A stretch of 44,863 nucleotides of DNA from Candidatus Omnitrophota bacterium. GTDB taxonomy: Bacteria > Omnitrophota > Gorgyraeia > Gorgyraeales > Gorgyraeaceae. A program made the translations under genes and the position numbers. The DNA lies in NCBI GenBank assembly GCA_043822665.1, contig JBDRBM010000010.1, positions 1 to 44,863 of the forward strand. The letters are read 5' to 3'. This document shows, in pieces, positions 44,493 to 44,863 of this stretch (positions are counted from its first letter, which is position 1; the number at the start of each line of letters is the position of its first letter). The notes beneath the pieces are model-generated. The model ran no database searches. It had not been told where the DNA came from and saw nothing but the letters and a program-made list of their open reading frames with translations.

Positions 44493-44560
44493 CCTATCTT
44501 CTCCTTTCTACCCATAAATGGGTATGATATATAATAAGACCTCTTTTCAAAGTCGAAGAA

Positions 44561-44589
44561 AGTATATCACACGCCAAAGGCTTTGTCAA
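44561..44589 (-). promoter_or_regulatory. Near-consensus sigma70 promoter with extended -10 for pilin 1
   Basis: TTGACA (44589-44584), 17 bp ending in TGA, TATACT (44566-44561). Confidence 0.82.
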
Positions 44590-44605
44590 GATAACCGGCT
44601 AATGC

Positions 44606-44863
44606 TGTAACTAAATAGTCAAGATGTCCGCTTTTTCTAACAAGTGATCTGTCCGCTTTTGGTTAAACGTAGTAGTAGTCCTTTTTCTTTTGGTTACCTT
44701 TTCTTTTTGTTTATAATGTGAACAAGTGGATAAGTTTTTTGGTAAATAATAACCCAATGAATGGGGACCATATCCTACGCTTATAGAGCCGTCCATGTGT
44801 TCGTATAAAGTCACTCTGCATTTAGCAAATGATACCCTTAGTTCAGATGGGCCTATCTGGAGT
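44606..44863 (-). mobile_element. Right end of an IS (ISNCY/IS1202- or IS481-like), running off the window
   Basis: Terminal TGT at 44606. Subterminal direct repeats TGTCCGCTTTT at 44625-44635 and 44650-44660. The transposase-like frame stops inside the end. Confidence 0.65.
44611..44862 (-). CDS. Transposase C-terminus (partial)
   Basis: The frame is open to the window edge: LQIGPSELRVSFAKCRVTLYEHMDGSISVGYGPH..., resembling the VxVxEHxDG tail of ISNCY/IS481-type transposases. Recognised by eye. Confidence 0.65.
   Translation of the reverse strand, partial: LQIGPSELRVSFAKCRVTLYEHMDGSISVGYGPHSLGYYLPKNLSTCSHYKQKEKVTKRKRTTTTFNQKRTDHLLEKADILTI

Noticed and set aside
322-44517. Plus-strand ORFs in the track (e.g. 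38810-39598, 22269-22859, 7276-7746, 21392-21856)
   Set aside because: Nearly all are antisense shadows of well-supported minus-strand genes. None has a recognisable motif.
1-44863. tRNA, rRNA, prophage or defence genes
   Set aside because: None recognised. Intergenic space is accounted for by repeats, promoters and short spacers, though a covariance-model scan was not possible.

Overview
Core-genome region of a diderm bacterium. The gene set and pilin style suggest a PVC-group organism such as Ca. Omnitrophota, but this is inference only. All ~49 supportable CDSs are on the minus strand. In transcription order (right to left) they are: the right end of an IS (partial transposase), two paralogous type IV pilins, pilMNO(P)Q, a short DUF2344-like gene, rng, rplU-rpmA-obgE-proB-proA, hisBHAFI, trpE-trpG, an RfbE-like epimerase, gmhB, a 55-aa DUF5989-like gene missed by the ORF track, an MGDG-synthase-like glycosyltransferase, a 235-aa class II nucleotidyltransferase, rbfA-nrnA-truB-ribF, a dcw cluster (mraZ to ftsA) with no ftsZ, then proC-mtnP-ileS (partial). 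I recognised no rRNA, tRNA or CRISPR array. The unexplained signal is non-coding. Many intergenic gaps hold palindromic repeats from several families (GTAG-type REP doublets, BoxC-like, GTCATTGCGA-type, CCWTCGAC-N3-GCTCAGG-type and heptamer hairpins). Several are nested, or are built as interchangeable modules between two conserved boundary motifs, called A and B here. Similar palindromes or tandem repeats also sit in-frame inside ileS, ddl, murE, trpE and hisH. All family calls come from motif recognition by eye, not from database searches.
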